36,998 nt of DNA from an uncultured Gammaproteobacteria bacterium (GCA_964597205.1 CAZQXM010000003.1:1-36998), one strand, 5' to 3'. Shown: positions 16,763 to 25,598, numbered from the stretch's first letter. Numbers and translations are program-made. Notes: generated from the sequence alone by a model not told the origin.

Positions 16763-19475
16763 AGACATCTTTAGCACCCGCCTGAGCAAAATTCGGCTTA
16801 CCACCACCACCACCGCCACAGATCTTAGCTGCTTCGCGCACCAGGTTACCAGCATTAATACCTGATTTAACCAGAGTGTCACCGACAGCGACCGTCATCA
16901 TAACTTTATCAGTAGCAGCTATAAGCGCCACTAAAGCTTCTAAGCCTAATTGCTTCAAAGCCGCTTCAGCTAAGGATTTCAGAATATCAGCATCCGGCTC
17001 TTCAATTAATTTAGAAATATCAGCAATAAGAATTTTACGTCCAGATTCTTCTTTAGTGAGTTTCAGAATCTCGCCTAACTTGAGCATGGCTTGAGCTTGT
17101 AGTTTTTGTTTGCGCTGTTTCTCAGCTAAAGCTATAGCCTCACGCTCCGCAGCTTCTTTAGCAGCTTGCACATCAGACTCAAGCTTATCGGCAAGATATT
17201 TAGTAGCGGCTTTATTAGCGAACATCTTAATACGACGAATTCCAGCAGCAACTGAAGACTCGGAAGCTATAACCACGGAACCAATATCACCGATATTAGC
17301 AGCATGAGTACCACCACATAATTCTGTTGAAGCTTCACCCATTCTAAGGACTCTCACTTCTGCGTCTATATCATATTTATCTTCAAAGAAAGCTAAAGCA
17401 CCAGATTTAATAGCCTCGTCATAGCGCATTAGCTTGGTTTCGACAGGATATTTAGCTTGAATCCAAGTGTTGATCTGATTTTCAACAGCTTTAAGCTCGT
17501 CTGGCTTAAGCCCGCGCTCGAAGTTAAAATCAAAACGAGTATATTCATAGCCCACCTGTGAACCTGCTTGCTGAATATTAGGTCCTAAGACCTTGCGCAA
17601 TGCTGCCTGTAATAGATGGCAAGCACTATGGTGATAACGAGTAAGCTCTCTGCGCTGAGAATTAACAGTCACCTCTAAGCTATCGCCAACACTAAGTTTA
17701 GCCGCGCTATTAAAACTCACTTGATGCAAGAACAAGCCTTGGAACTTTTTAGTATCGCTCACGTCAAGCGACTTAGATCCATCTGATAGTTTGCCCCTGT
17801 CGCCTTCCTGTCCGCCTGACTCAGCGTAAAACGGAGTCGAATCGAGAATAACTTGAAAGCTCCTGAAGCCTGTTTCTGGAGCTTTCGTTTCTTCACTAGT
17901 TATAGACTCAAGCCTCTGACCATCAGGACCTATAATTGCCAGAACTTTAGAAACAGCTTTCTCAGTTTCATAGCCTAAGAATTTAGTAGCTGGCAGCTCA
18001 GCAGCCAGCGCACCATAGACTTTCGCTTTATCGATCGCTGAAACTGCAAAAGATCCAGAACTAGAAGCTTCAGAGTGTTTATCACGAGCAGCTTCATAGG
18101 CAGCTAAATCTATAGTTGCTCCATGCTCAGCAGCTATCTCTTCAGTAAGCTCCAAAGGAAAACCATAAGTAGAATAGAGATCAAAAACAAAATTACCATC
18201 AAGAGCTTTGGTTTTAGCAATAGCAGCTTCAAGAAGAACTAGACCTTTACTAATGGTTTTGGCGAACTGTTCTTCTTCTTTACGACAAATATCACGGATA
18301 AGATCCTTAGCCGTCACAAGCTCCGGATAGAAAGCACCGTAAACATCAGTAACTAAATCAGTGTATTTATAAAGCTGCGCTTCTGAAGACCCAGTGAGTA
18401 TTAACGCAAAACGTGCCGCCCTACGAATAATCATGCGCAGTACATACCCGCGCCCAAGATTACTAGGTCTAACCCCATCAGCGATCAAGAAACAAAGACA
18501 ACGTAAATGGTCAGTGACTATCTTAAGATAGAGGTCTGTCTTGCGCTCAGCATCAGTCTTAGCGCCAATACCTCTATATTTAATCTCTGAGCCAGCAGTG
18601 TTGCTAAATCCTTTAGCGAGGTTGTTTTTGATCCTAGCTAATTCATCAGTCTCAAAACTATTATGTACGCCCTGTAATATGGTAGCGATGCGCTCAAGCC
18701 CAGCACCTGTATCTATATTGCATTTAGCCAGTGGAACATAAAGCCCCTCTTCAGTTTTCTCGAACTGCATGAAAACTAAATTCCAAATCTCAACAAAGCG
18801 CTCATCATGTCCGAACTTGGCAAAGTCTGGACCCATATCATAGTAAATCTCACTACAAGGACCGCAAGGACCAGTAGTACCAGGCGGACCCCAAAAATTA
18901 TCCTTTCGGCTTAATTTCCAAATACGATTAGCTAGGGATGCTGGTGCTGAGCCATCAGCATCAGGCGCAGCATAACTAGTAGCAAGATTCAAGCCTGAAT
19001 CAAGTAATAATTGATACCAAATATCATAGGCTTCCTTATCAAAAGCATTGGTTTCATCACCAGCAAAGACTGACACATAAAGCCTTTCAGCCGGCAAACC
19101 TAGTTCAACAGTAACGAATTGCCAAGCCCAGTTAATCGCTTCACGCTTGAAGTAATCACCAAAAGAAAAATTACCCAGCATCTCAAAAAAACTATGATGC
19201 CTGGTAGTACGTCCAATATTATTGAGGTCACTATCTTTACCGCCAACTCTAACGCATTTCTGGATAGTAACAGCACGTGGCGGCTCTGGTGCTTGCTGTG
19301 CGCCCATAAATATAGGTACAAACTGAACCATACCAGCAGCGGTCAAGAGCAGAGTAGGGTTGTCAGGAACCAAAGACGAGCTGCTAGCATGCTTATGTGC
19401 TTGCAATTTCCCATCAATAAGAGTCTTAGTAGTAAAAAACTTAATCCACTTATCGCGGATCTCACGAGTGAGCAT
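16701..19475 (-). CDS. alaS: alanine--tRNA ligase
   Basis: 924 aa. FFEMLGNFSFGDYFK, WGPPGTTGPCGPCSEIYYD, editing-domain HHSACHLL and CGGTH, C-terminal GGGGGGKPNFAQAG (DHHA1). Confidence 0.95.
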   Translation of the reverse strand: MLTREIRDKWIKFFTTKTLIDGKLQAHKHASSSSLVPDNPTLLLTAAGMVQFVPIFMGAQQAPEPPRAVTIQKCVRVGGKDSDLNNIGRTTRHHSFFEMLGNFSFGDYFKREAINWAWQFVTVELGLPAERLYVSVFAGDETNAFDKEAYDIWYQLLLDSGLNLATSYAAPDADGSAPASLANRIWKLSRKDNFWGPPGTTGPCGPCSEIYYDMGPDFAKFGHDERFVEIWNLVFMQFEKTEEGLYVPLAKCNIDTGAGLERIATILQGVHNSFETDELARIKNNLAKGFSNTAGSEIKYRGIGAKTDAERKTDLYLKIVTDHLRCLCFLIADGVRPSNLGRGYVLRMIIRRAARFALILTGSSEAQLYKYTDLVTDVYGAFYPELVTAKDLIRDICRKEEEQFAKTISKGLVLLEAAIAKTKALDGNFVFDLYSTYGFPLELTEEIAAEHGATIDLAAYEAARDKHSEASSSGSFAVSAIDKAKVYGALAAELPATKFLGYETEKAVSKVLAIIGPDGQRLESITSEETKAPETGFRSFQVILDSTPFYAESGGQEGDRGKLSDGSKSLDVSDTKKFQGLFLHQVSFNSAAKLSVGDSLEVTVNSQRRELTRYHHSACHLLQAALRKVLGPNIQQAGSQVGYEYTRFDFNFERGLKPDELKAVENQINTWIQAKYPVETKLMRYDEAIKSGALAFFEDKYDIDAEVRVLRMGEASTELCGGTHAANIGDIGSVVIASESSVAAGIRRIKMFANKAATKYLADKLESDVQAAKEAAEREAIALAEKQRKQKLQAQAMLKLGEILKLTKEESGRKILIADISKLIEEPDADILKSLAEAALKQLGLEALVALIAATDKVMMTVAVGDTLVKSGINAGNLVREAAKICGGGGGGKPNFAQAGAKDVSKISAALELIQGSLACSNPR

Positions 19476-19476
19476 A

Positions 19477-21465
19477 CTAACTATTACCTTCTTGCTGTTT
19501 CTTTTTAATCTCTTCGTCTATAGCTCTAAAACGCTCTCGCTCTTTACGGCGCTCATCTTCTTCGAACTTAAGCTGCGCTTCAACCTTCTCTGGGGTGCGG
19601 GATCTAGCGATTGCCTCGAATTCTTCGAACGGAATAAAAGCAAGTTTGCCTTCACGAATCTGCGCAATAATATCAAAAACTTCAGATCTATCTAAAGTCT
19701 CTTTTTGTAAAAGCATCTGCGAAAGTCCCATAAGTTCTGTCTTATGCTCTTTAAGTAGAGCTCTAGTCTCTTCATATAGACCTTGAACTAAGTCTTTAAC
19801 TTCAGCATCTATCTTGGCAGCAAACTCTTCACTATAGTTCTTAGAAATATAATTCTGACCAAGAAACTCACTACCTTGACGCTCTCCATAGCTAACGTTA
19901 CCTAGTTCCTTGCTCATTCCCCATTGAGTAATCATTGATCTAGCGATAGCAGAACAACGCTCCATATCATTAGAGGCACCCGTCGTAACATTTTCTCTCC
20001 CAAAAACAATTTCTTCAGCAGCTCTCCCAGCTAATAGTGTTTTCATTTCACCCTTAAGTTGTTTTTCAGAGAGCGAGACCCTGTATTCTTCCTCTGTTGA
20101 CCAAGTAAGTCCAAGAGCCATGCCGCGAGGAATAATTGTCACCTTATGAAATTCATTACTGCAGGCAGTATAAATATTAGCTAAAGTGTGACCGATCTCA
20201 TGTATCGCTGTCTGCACCTGGTCTTTAGGCTTGATGATTTTACTTTTACGTTCTGGACCAATGGCAACTTTATCAATAGCTTCATCAAGATCTTTCTTGG
20301 AGACATCCTTGCGCCCTTCACGCGCTGCCATAATCGCCGCTTCATTAATAAGATTAGAAAGATCAGCACCACTAAAACCCGGAGTACGGCGCGCAAGAGT
20401 GAGCAAATCCACATCATCAGCAATAGGCTTACCTCTAGAGTGAACACTTAAAATCTTCTGTCTGCCGCTTAAATCAGGATGTTCAATGATCACCTTGCGA
20501 TCAAATCTTCCTGGACGCAATAAAGCTTTATCAAGAACATCAGGTCTATTAGTAGCAGCAAGAACTATGATGCCGCTATTGGGTTGGAAACCGTCCATCT
20601 CTACTAAGAGCTGGTTAAGTGTTTGTTCGCGCTCATCATTTCCACCACCAGACATACCACTACGCTGACGTCCAACAGCATCGATCTCATCAATGAAAAT
20701 TATGCAAGGAGCGTTCTTCTTAGCTTGTTCAAATAAATCACGCACACGACTAGCACCAACACCCACGAACATTTCTACGAAATCAGAACCACTAATACTG
20801 AAGAAAGGTACACCAGCTTCACCAGCAACGGCTTTTGCTAAGAGAGTTTTACCGCAACCTGGAGGTCCGAATAGCATTATGCCTTTAGGGATCTTGGCGC
20901 CTAGAGCTTTATACTTCTCAGCGTTCTTTAAGAAATCTACAATCTCTTCTAACTCTTTTTTACTCTCATCAATACCAGCAACATCATCAAAAGTAATATT
21001 GATATTGCGGTCCATTAGTTTAGCTTTACTCTTACCGAACGCCATCGGTCCACCACCACCAGCACCGCGAAGTAAGAATATAAAAAATCCAAATAACAAT
21101 AGAGGCACTAAAAAGTTAGAGAATATACCAGCCCAGAAACCATTATTAGCTTGCGCAACCACATCTACGTCAATTCCGCGCTCAACTAATTTATCAGCCA
21201 AATCAGGATTAGCCCCTAGTATATTCGCGGGAATCCTAGCGTAATAGGTCTGCCCATCTTTACCTACGACTTTGGCCACATCATCACCGTTTGTGAGGAT
21301 GACTTTCTTAGCGGTAGTTAGACCCTCCGCTGGGAGTACTCGCTTGATAAATTCGCTATAACTAAGTACAGATCGCTGCTTATCTTGCCCTACTAAGCTA
21401 AGAGCAAAAACAACTAAGAAAAGCACTAAAACTATGAAAGGTAGCGTAGATGGAAGTTTCTTCAT
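19477..21465 (-). CDS. ftsH: ATP-dependent zinc metalloprotease FtsH
   Basis: 662 aa. N-terminal [25 protein letters not shown] (Walker A), [31 protein letters not shown] (SRH), HEIGH zinc site. Confidence 0.95.
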   Translation of the reverse strand: MKKLPSTLPFIVLVLFLVVFALSLVGQDKQRSVLSYSEFIKRVLPAEGLTTAKKVILTNGDDVAKVVGKDGQTYYARIPANILGANPDLADKLVERGIDVDVVAQANNGFWAGIFSNFLVPLLLFGFFIFLLRGAGGGGPMAFGKSKAKLMDRNINITFDDVAGIDESKKELEEIVDFLKNAEKYKALGAKIPKGIMLFGPPGCGKTLLAKAVAGEAGVPFFSISGSDFVEMFVGVGASRVRDLFEQAKKNAPCIIFIDEIDAVGRQRSGMSGGGNDEREQTLNQLLVEMDGFQPNSGIIVLAATNRPDVLDKALLRPGRFDRKVIIEHPDLSGRQKILSVHSRGKPIADDVDLLTLARRTPGFSGADLSNLINEAAIMAAREGRKDVSKKDLDEAIDKVAIGPERKSKIIKPKDQVQTAIHEIGHTLANIYTACSNEFHKVTIIPRGMALGLTWSTEEEYRVSLSEKQLKGEMKTLLAGRAAEEIVFGRENVTTGASNDMERCSAIARSMITQWGMSKELGNVSYGERQGSEFLGQNYISKNYSEEFAAKIDAEVKDLVQGLYEETRALLKEHKTELMGLSQMLLQKETLDRSEVFDIIAQIREGKLAFIPFEEFEAIARSRTPEKVEAQLKFEEDERRKERERFRAIDEEIKKKQQEGNS

Positions 21466-21609
21466 TACAGCTATTAATTGTATCGCATGCTAAAAAAGCC
21501 TCAAGTTCTAAAGAAATGTACCGAGAAACAGGGCTATATCCTAGTCACAGCGCACTAGGTGTTCCCACCTGCTCGCAAATATTATTTTCAAGCTAGGGTT
21601 TCCCCTAAT

Positions 21610-21656
21610 AGTGAATCCTGCTTTCTGTCTATATCATCAGAGTGAATCCTCTTCAC
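21610..21656. promoter_or_regulatory. 10-bp direct repeat AGTGAATCCT x2 (31-nt spacing) upstream of the LuxR-type regulator; candidate operator
   Basis: AGTGAATCCT occurs at 21610-21619 and 21641-21650. The second copy is part of the inverted repeat GTGAA-N5-TTCAC (21642-21656). It lies about 40 nt upstream of the ATG at 21693. Confidence 0.25.
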
Positions 21657-21692
21657 AGACTTCGTAATTAGACAGGCAAACAGGAGAATAAA

Positions 21693-22406
21693 ATGACACC
21701 ACACACACAAACTAGACAAGCGGCTATCGCCCTGAGTCCGGTGCAGTCTACTGTTCAAATCACTAAAGAATTGAACATGGCAGGCTACCACAAAATCGAC
21801 AGAGTAGATTATCAAGAAGCGCTAATCCAGATCGTGGAAGTAAACAAACCACAGATCGCTATCGTTTCTAGCGAACTTCCAGGTCGCAGATCTATAGTTG
21901 AAATGATGAACAAGATAGCTGAGCTATCCCCATCTACAAGAGTTATCTACATTTCTAAAGCAATGGGCAACAAAGAAGATATCGATATCTTCTTAACTAA
22001 GAACATGAGTGCTTGGTTGCTTAGCGAAAGATCAGAGCGTACTATGTCATTCGCTATCGAAGCGGCTGAAGCAGGTCAACTCTTCATCGATTTCGCTATT
22101 AGCCAAAATATCAGAGAACAAATCAGTGGCAAACAATCATTGCTAACTGATTCATGCTCAGATTATGGTCACCTAGAATTGCTCACTGAAAGAGAAGCTG
22201 AAGTGCTGAAACTTCTTTGTGAAGGTTCAAACTACAAAACTGTAGCTAAAGCATTATTCATCTCAGAATCTACAGTGAAAACTCACATCAATAACATTTT
22301 CACTAAATTGCAAGTTAATGATAGAACTCAAGCAGTTCTATACGCACTAAAGCATGACCTAGATGGTCTGATGACTGCGACAATGACTAGCAACACTAGA
22401 GCGTAA
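21693..22406 (+). CDS. LuxR/NarL-family transcriptional regulator with a degenerate (pseudo-)receiver domain
   Basis: 237 aa, RBS AGGAG 6 nt upstream. C-terminal LTEREAEVLKLLCEGSNYKTVAKALFISESTVKTHINNIFTKLQVNDRTQAV is a GerE/LuxR HTH. The N-terminal REC-like fold lacks the acidic pocket, the phospho-Asp (IAIVSSELPG) and the Lys (AWLLSE). Confidence 0.8.
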   Translation: MTPHTQTRQAAIALSPVQSTVQITKELNMAGYHKIDRVDYQEALIQIVEVNKPQIAIVSSELPGRRSIVEMMNKIAELSPSTRVIYISKAMGNKEDIDIFLTKNMSAWLLSERSERTMSFAIEAAEAGQLFIDFAISQNIREQISGKQSLLTDSCSDYGHLELLTEREAEVLKLLCEGSNYKTVAKALFISESTVKTHINNIFTKLQVNDRTQAVLYALKHDLDGLMTATMTSNTRA

Positions 22407-22427
22407 GAATTGAAGTTATAGAGTTAT

Positions 22428-22470
22428 AAAATCACACGATGCAATTGTGTGGTATCTGTGATTTTTGATT
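22428..22470 (+). terminator. rho-independent terminator of the LuxR-type regulator gene
   Basis: AAATCACA...TGTGATTT outer stem with an inner GATGC/GTATC extension, followed by a TTTTGATTTT run, 22 nt after the stop codon. Confidence 0.5.
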
Positions 22471-22506
22471 TTGCCGGAGTGAGCCTGTCTGATATACAAC
22501 GGTAAA

Positions 22507-22544
22507 AAGTCCCGGAAGCGAAAGCTTCTGGGACTTCTCTTTTG
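22507..22544 (+). terminator. strong intrinsic-terminator hairpin (unit 1 of a tandem 74-nt repeat)
   Basis: 13-bp stem AAGTCCCGGAAGC-GAAA-GCTTCTGGGACTT with a GNRA tetraloop, followed by CTCTTTTG. Preceded by the 18-mer CTGATATACAACGGTAAA (22489-22506). Confidence 0.55.
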
Positions 22545-22579
22545 AGGCGAACCCTTGTCCTCCTGATATACAACGGTAA

Positions 22580-22620
22580 AGCCCTCGAAACCTTAAAAAA
22601 GTTTCGAGGGTTCTCTTTTT
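22580..22620 (+). terminator. intrinsic-terminator hairpin (unit 2 of the tandem repeat), directly upstream of the CDGSH gene
   Basis: 10-12 bp stem (A)GCCCTCGAAAC-loop-GTTTCGAGGG(TT), followed by CTCTTTTTGTT. Preceded by an identical 18-mer CTGATATACAACGGTAAA (22563-22580). Confidence 0.55.
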
Positions 22621-22638
22621 GTTGCTAGAATTAGCTCT

Positions 22639-22884
22639 ATGAATAATGTTAACCCTGAGCTTTTGCACACTAAACCTGTGCTCGTAGATGTAGTCCCCGG
22701 TCAAAAAATCGCCTGGTGTTCTTGCGGCTACTCAGCCGATCAAATTCACTGCGATGGTTCGCACCGTGCCCATGGCATGAGACCAGTGGTTCAAGAATTT
22801 ACTGAAGCTAAGAAAGTCGCTTTATGTGGTTGCAAACTTACTGGCAATGCACCATTTTGTGATGGGTCGCATAGTAAAAAATAA
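22639..22884 (+). CDS. CDGSH iron-sulfur domain protein (two CDGSH-type [2Fe-2S] motifs)
   Basis: 81 aa. Two copies of the signature are present: CSCGYSADQIHCDGSHR and CGCKLTGNAPFCDGSH. Confidence 0.85.
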   Translation: MNNVNPELLHTKPVLVDVVPGQKIAWCSCGYSADQIHCDGSHRAHGMRPVVQEFTEAKKVALCGCKLTGNAPFCDGSHSKK

Positions 22885-23168
22885 TAATTGAACGCTTATC
22901 TCAATATAATAAATCACAAGGTGAGGTTCTCGCAAAAGATTATCAAGAATAATCCGTATTACAATCTTATCTATTCACAATTATGCACTCGAATAAAGCT
23001 CAAAAGTTAAGATGAAAATATTCTTATCAGAATTATAAAAATAAATTGAAATATTTATAATTTATTTGCTATTATCACCGTTCGGGGAAGAAGTAAATAA
23101 TTTCTTAAGAATGTGCCAAAATCTGTTTAACTGGGCCACATCCTCAGAAATTTAACTTCGGGGGCAAA

Positions 23169-24188
23169 ATGATACGAAAAAATAGAATAGTAGTACTCTA
23201 CTGTCTTTTGTTGGGTTTATCTCAGCAAGCCGGACTGGCAGAGACGGCAAGTCGAGGGGACGAGCCGCCTCAACTGATGTTGGAGTTTATAGATGATGCT
23301 CTTTCACCACCTTCAAGTGTGGTGATTGGTCGCGACGTTGCTAAAGCAAAAGATATTGCTGGCGTGACGTTAAGTCCTGCCGTAGTTGAAACGAAACATC
23401 AACTGCAAGCAGAGGAGCACGAGCTCTTACTAGAGAGTACTACTCATTCCTATTCGGCGAATGTCGAAGAACTTATTAACAGTATTAATGATGCTGAACT
23501 TAAAAAGCAATTAATCGCCAAAGCTTTTGGTGAAAGCAGTCGTAAACAATTAGATTCCGCTCAGCTACTTAGTGTTGCTGACGCGGCTCTTAGCCTAGGA
23601 CTTAAAGATCAAGCCTTAACAGCTTATCGCAAAGCTGTAGAGTTAGACCCCAATAGTCTTAGTGCTCATCATGCTCTAGCTAAAGCAAGCGCTGATACTA
23701 ATGAGCGCGCTTATAGTTTTCTTAAGAGTGTAAGTACTGAAGCGCTTACAAGTATTGCTGACACTTGGTTTGAGCTGAAAGGAGCTAATGCTACTACTAT
23801 AGCTGCCGCGATGATACCTTATCAGTTCGCGATTCTTAAAGAACCTAATAATCCTCATTTGCGCTATCAATTTGCACGCAGACTTGAGCTAGCTGGTCTT
23901 AGTTACTATTCACTCTCAACTAAACGCTATCTAGAATCAGCGGTGCTTGCTAAACAAAAATTCTTAGCTGGTGATAAAAGCGTAGAATTTTTACTCAGAG
24001 ATTCTATAGAGTCATTAATTAGGACTCTGGCTATTCAAGGTGATTTTGATAACGCCACCAAGTATTGTCATAGTTATATTAGTCTTGGCTACGATCGTTT
24101 CAGTGCTGGCGATTCGGTGCGTGGTATTTTGCGCAAGATGCAGTCTCGGCGTAATCCTTTTCGCATAGTTTTGGAGGCAAAAGCATGA
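23169..24188 (+). CDS. secreted TPR-repeat protein, first gene of the Tad-like operon (possible TadD analogue)
   Basis: 339 aa. Signal peptide MIRKNRIVVLYCLLLGLSQQAGLA. TPR-like helices (LGLKDQALTAYRKAVELDPNSLSAHHALAKA). No canonical lipobox. Its stop overlaps the next ATG (ATGA). Confidence 0.65.
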   Translation: MIRKNRIVVLYCLLLGLSQQAGLAETASRGDEPPQLMLEFIDDALSPPSSVVIGRDVAKAKDIAGVTLSPAVVETKHQLQAEEHELLLESTTHSYSANVEELINSINDAELKKQLIAKAFGESSRKQLDSAQLLSVADAALSLGLKDQALTAYRKAVELDPNSLSAHHALAKASADTNERAYSFLKSVSTEALTSIADTWFELKGANATTIAAAMIPYQFAILKEPNNPHLRYQFARRLELAGLSYYSLSTKRYLESAVLAKQKFLAGDKSVEFLLRDSIESLIRTLAIQGDFDNATKYCHSYISLGYDRFSAGDSVRGILRKMQSRRNPFRIVLEAKA

Positions 24189-25246
24189 AATTAGTTCTTG
24201 TAATGATTTTGTGCATATTGCCTTGCTGGGCTTTTGATGCTGATGATTATATTTCTAAGCTTTATAAGCCTATGCCTGCAGAGCTTCAAGCTTTGGAAAC
24301 TAGAGTCTTTGATCAAGCCTCTTACCAACGCGAGATTAGTCCTTGGCTTAACGACCTAGAGTTCAAGCTTAGTCGAGCAGGGCTCTCTAATATTGATGCT
24401 AGTTTTTTACTATTAATAGATAAGCAAGGTCGCATAGTTAATCTTGAACTTGATGATGCTCAAGTGGAGCCAGCAGCTTTGCGTGATTTCATTTCTAAAC
24501 TTGCTAGCTTGGAGTTTGAACCTAGCCCATTGGTGAATACACGACTACTGCTTGATGCTAAGACTTTAACTATTAGTCGTAATGAGAAGCTTGAAGCTCA
24601 CAGAGATACATTAATGGCAGACTTCGATTTACTCTCTAAGCATAATTTAGCACTAAATATTAGTGGGAAAAGCAACCTAACAAGCGACGCTAATAATCTA
24701 AGTCTTAAATCGAATCATACTTATGAAGCAACTTTAATTAGCCCAGAGTTTTTCTCAGCGGCTAGAGTTGGTGACACTATTAATTTCGAACTAGAATCTC
24801 AGCAGTATGTTGGCAGAGTAATAGATACTGGCAGAGAAATTATTATTGCAACTGATGCCCTATTAATTGCCAATGAAATTCAAGCTGATACCCTTCAATA
24901 CTGGCGTTTAGAGCAACGCAATGATAGTGGGACTTGGGATTCTATGATAGCTGGCGCTACTAGTGCTGGTCTGGGATTGGGGTTAGCCAGTCAAGGTCTA
25001 GGTACTGGGATTTTTGCTGGATTAGCGGCGCTTGCTACTAGGGTGCAAGATGCCGATATTAGTCTTAATCTTGGGGATAAGTTTTCTTTACGTAAGTTGG
25101 ATGTAAATGATTTAAGTGGCTCGTTGCCAAATCGTCCAGAACAAGGCTTGCGAGTCCGAGGCAGCGGAGTTGACTCATCTGTCAATGAGCATGCCGAGGA
25201 TGAGCGTAACGCAGTTATGGGCGATTTGGCAATGAGAGCCCTATAG
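24185..25246 (+). CDS. hypothetical secreted protein (TonB-C-like N-domain, C-terminal glycine-zipper segment)
   Basis: 353 aa with a signal peptide (MKLVLVMILCILPCWAF). FLLLIDKQGRIVNLELDDAQVEPAALRDFISKLASLEFEP resembles a TonB C-terminal fold. GATSAGLGLGLASQGLGTGIFAGLAALA is a glycine zipper. Confidence 0.55.
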   Translation: MKLVLVMILCILPCWAFDADDYISKLYKPMPAELQALETRVFDQASYQREISPWLNDLEFKLSRAGLSNIDASFLLLIDKQGRIVNLELDDAQVEPAALRDFISKLASLEFEPSPLVNTRLLLDAKTLTISRNEKLEAHRDTLMADFDLLSKHNLALNISGKSNLTSDANNLSLKSNHTYEATLISPEFFSAARVGDTINFELESQQYVGRVIDTGREIIIATDALLIANEIQADTLQYWRLEQRNDSGTWDSMIAGATSAGLGLGLASQGLGTGIFAGLAALATRVQDADISLNLGDKFSLRKLDVNDLSGSLPNRPEQGLRVRGSGVDSSVNEHAEDERNAVMGDLAMRAL

Positions 25247-25253
25247 GAGGAAT

Positions 25254-25394
25254 ATGCAAGCAATAAGTCAGATGGTAATACTAACGGCTCTAGTAGCACT
25301 TCTCGCTACTACAGTTGAGCAATCGATAGTGGCTAATGTCGAAAAACAAGCTACTAATACAGCTACGGCTGTTGCTAATAAAATTTTTAGTTAG
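25254..25394 (+). CDS. small Flp-like pilin candidate 1 (46 aa; not in the supplied ORF track)
   Basis: AGGAGG RBS at 25245-25250, 3 nt before the ATG. Hand translation: MQAISQMVILTALVALLATTVEQSIVANVEKQATNTATAVANKIFS, a single N-terminal hydrophobic helix plus a short Thr/Ala/Asn tail, sitting directly upstream of cpaB as Flp genes do. Confidence 0.5.
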   Translation: MQAISQMVILTALVALLATTVEQSIVANVEKQATNTATAVANKIFS

Positions 25395-25433
25395 CTTAGT
25401 TTAACTAATGGAGAGGAAAAAGGAGGAAAATAA

Positions 25434-25592
25434 ATGAAGGAAGTACTAATCTACGGAGCGCTAGTAGCGGCAGTGATGGGAGCGGCTATCCCACTTATCA
25501 CTAACTTTACTAGCACCGCTACGACTCAAGGTACAGCGATGAATACTGCGCTGCAAACCAAGTCGCAACAATTACTTACAGCAATAGGATAA
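25434..25592 (+). CDS. small Flp-like pilin candidate 2 (52 aa; not in the supplied ORF track)
   Basis: Strong RBS GGAGAGGAAAAAGGAGGAAAATAA-ATG. Hand translation: MKEVLIYGALVAAVMGAAIPLITNFTSTATTQGTAMNTALQTKSQQLLTAIG. LIYGALVAAV aligns with the IEYGLIVALIAV core of Flp pilins. Confidence 0.55.
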   Translation: MKEVLIYGALVAAVMGAAIPLITNFTSTATTQGTAMNTALQTKSQQLLTAIG

Positions 25593-25598
25593 TAATTT

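Noticed and set aside
20693-21244. 183-aa plus-strand ORF and other 60-180-aa ORFs antisense to or out of frame within well-supported genes (for example 1659-1955, 1998-2282, 5289-5471, 7395-7874, 7528-7758, 8221-8418, 9082-9351, 10087-10410, 10672-10887, 13275-13511, 14422-14616, 16066-16278, 16876-17307, 18541-18741, 19100-19695, 20181-20668, 23676-23870, 24991-25299, 31381-31608, 32163-32606, 35565-35780)
   Set aside because: All lie inside genes with unambiguous conserved motifs (ftsH, alaS, secA, polA and others). Their translations are low-complexity with Ser/Leu/Ile-rich composition typical of shadow frames, and none has an RBS or a recognisable family.
21588-21815. 75-aa minus-strand ORF overlapping the start of the LuxR-type regulator
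   Set aside because: It overlaps the RBS and 5' end of a well-supported plus-strand gene and its promoter region. There is no RBS and no family resemblance.
22481-22620. The two-copy direct repeat considered as a mini CRISPR array
   Set aside because: There are only two units. The 'repeat' is 18 nt and the variable parts are themselves perfect hairpins with U-tracts (terminators). No cas genes or leader are present.
22432-22704. 90-aa minus-strand ORF spanning the gap between the LuxR regulator and the CDGSH gene
   Set aside because: It runs straight through three terminator hairpins and the start of the CDGSH gene. The translation has no features. The region is better explained as structured non-coding RNA/terminators.
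23039-23067. Inverted repeat AAATAAATT-N11-AATTTATTT and a TTGAAA/TATTAT promoter-like pair upstream of the pilus operon
   Set aside because: The region is so AT-rich that such matches are expected by chance. I cannot distinguish a real operator or promoter without a PWM scan or TSS data, so it is not listed as a feature.
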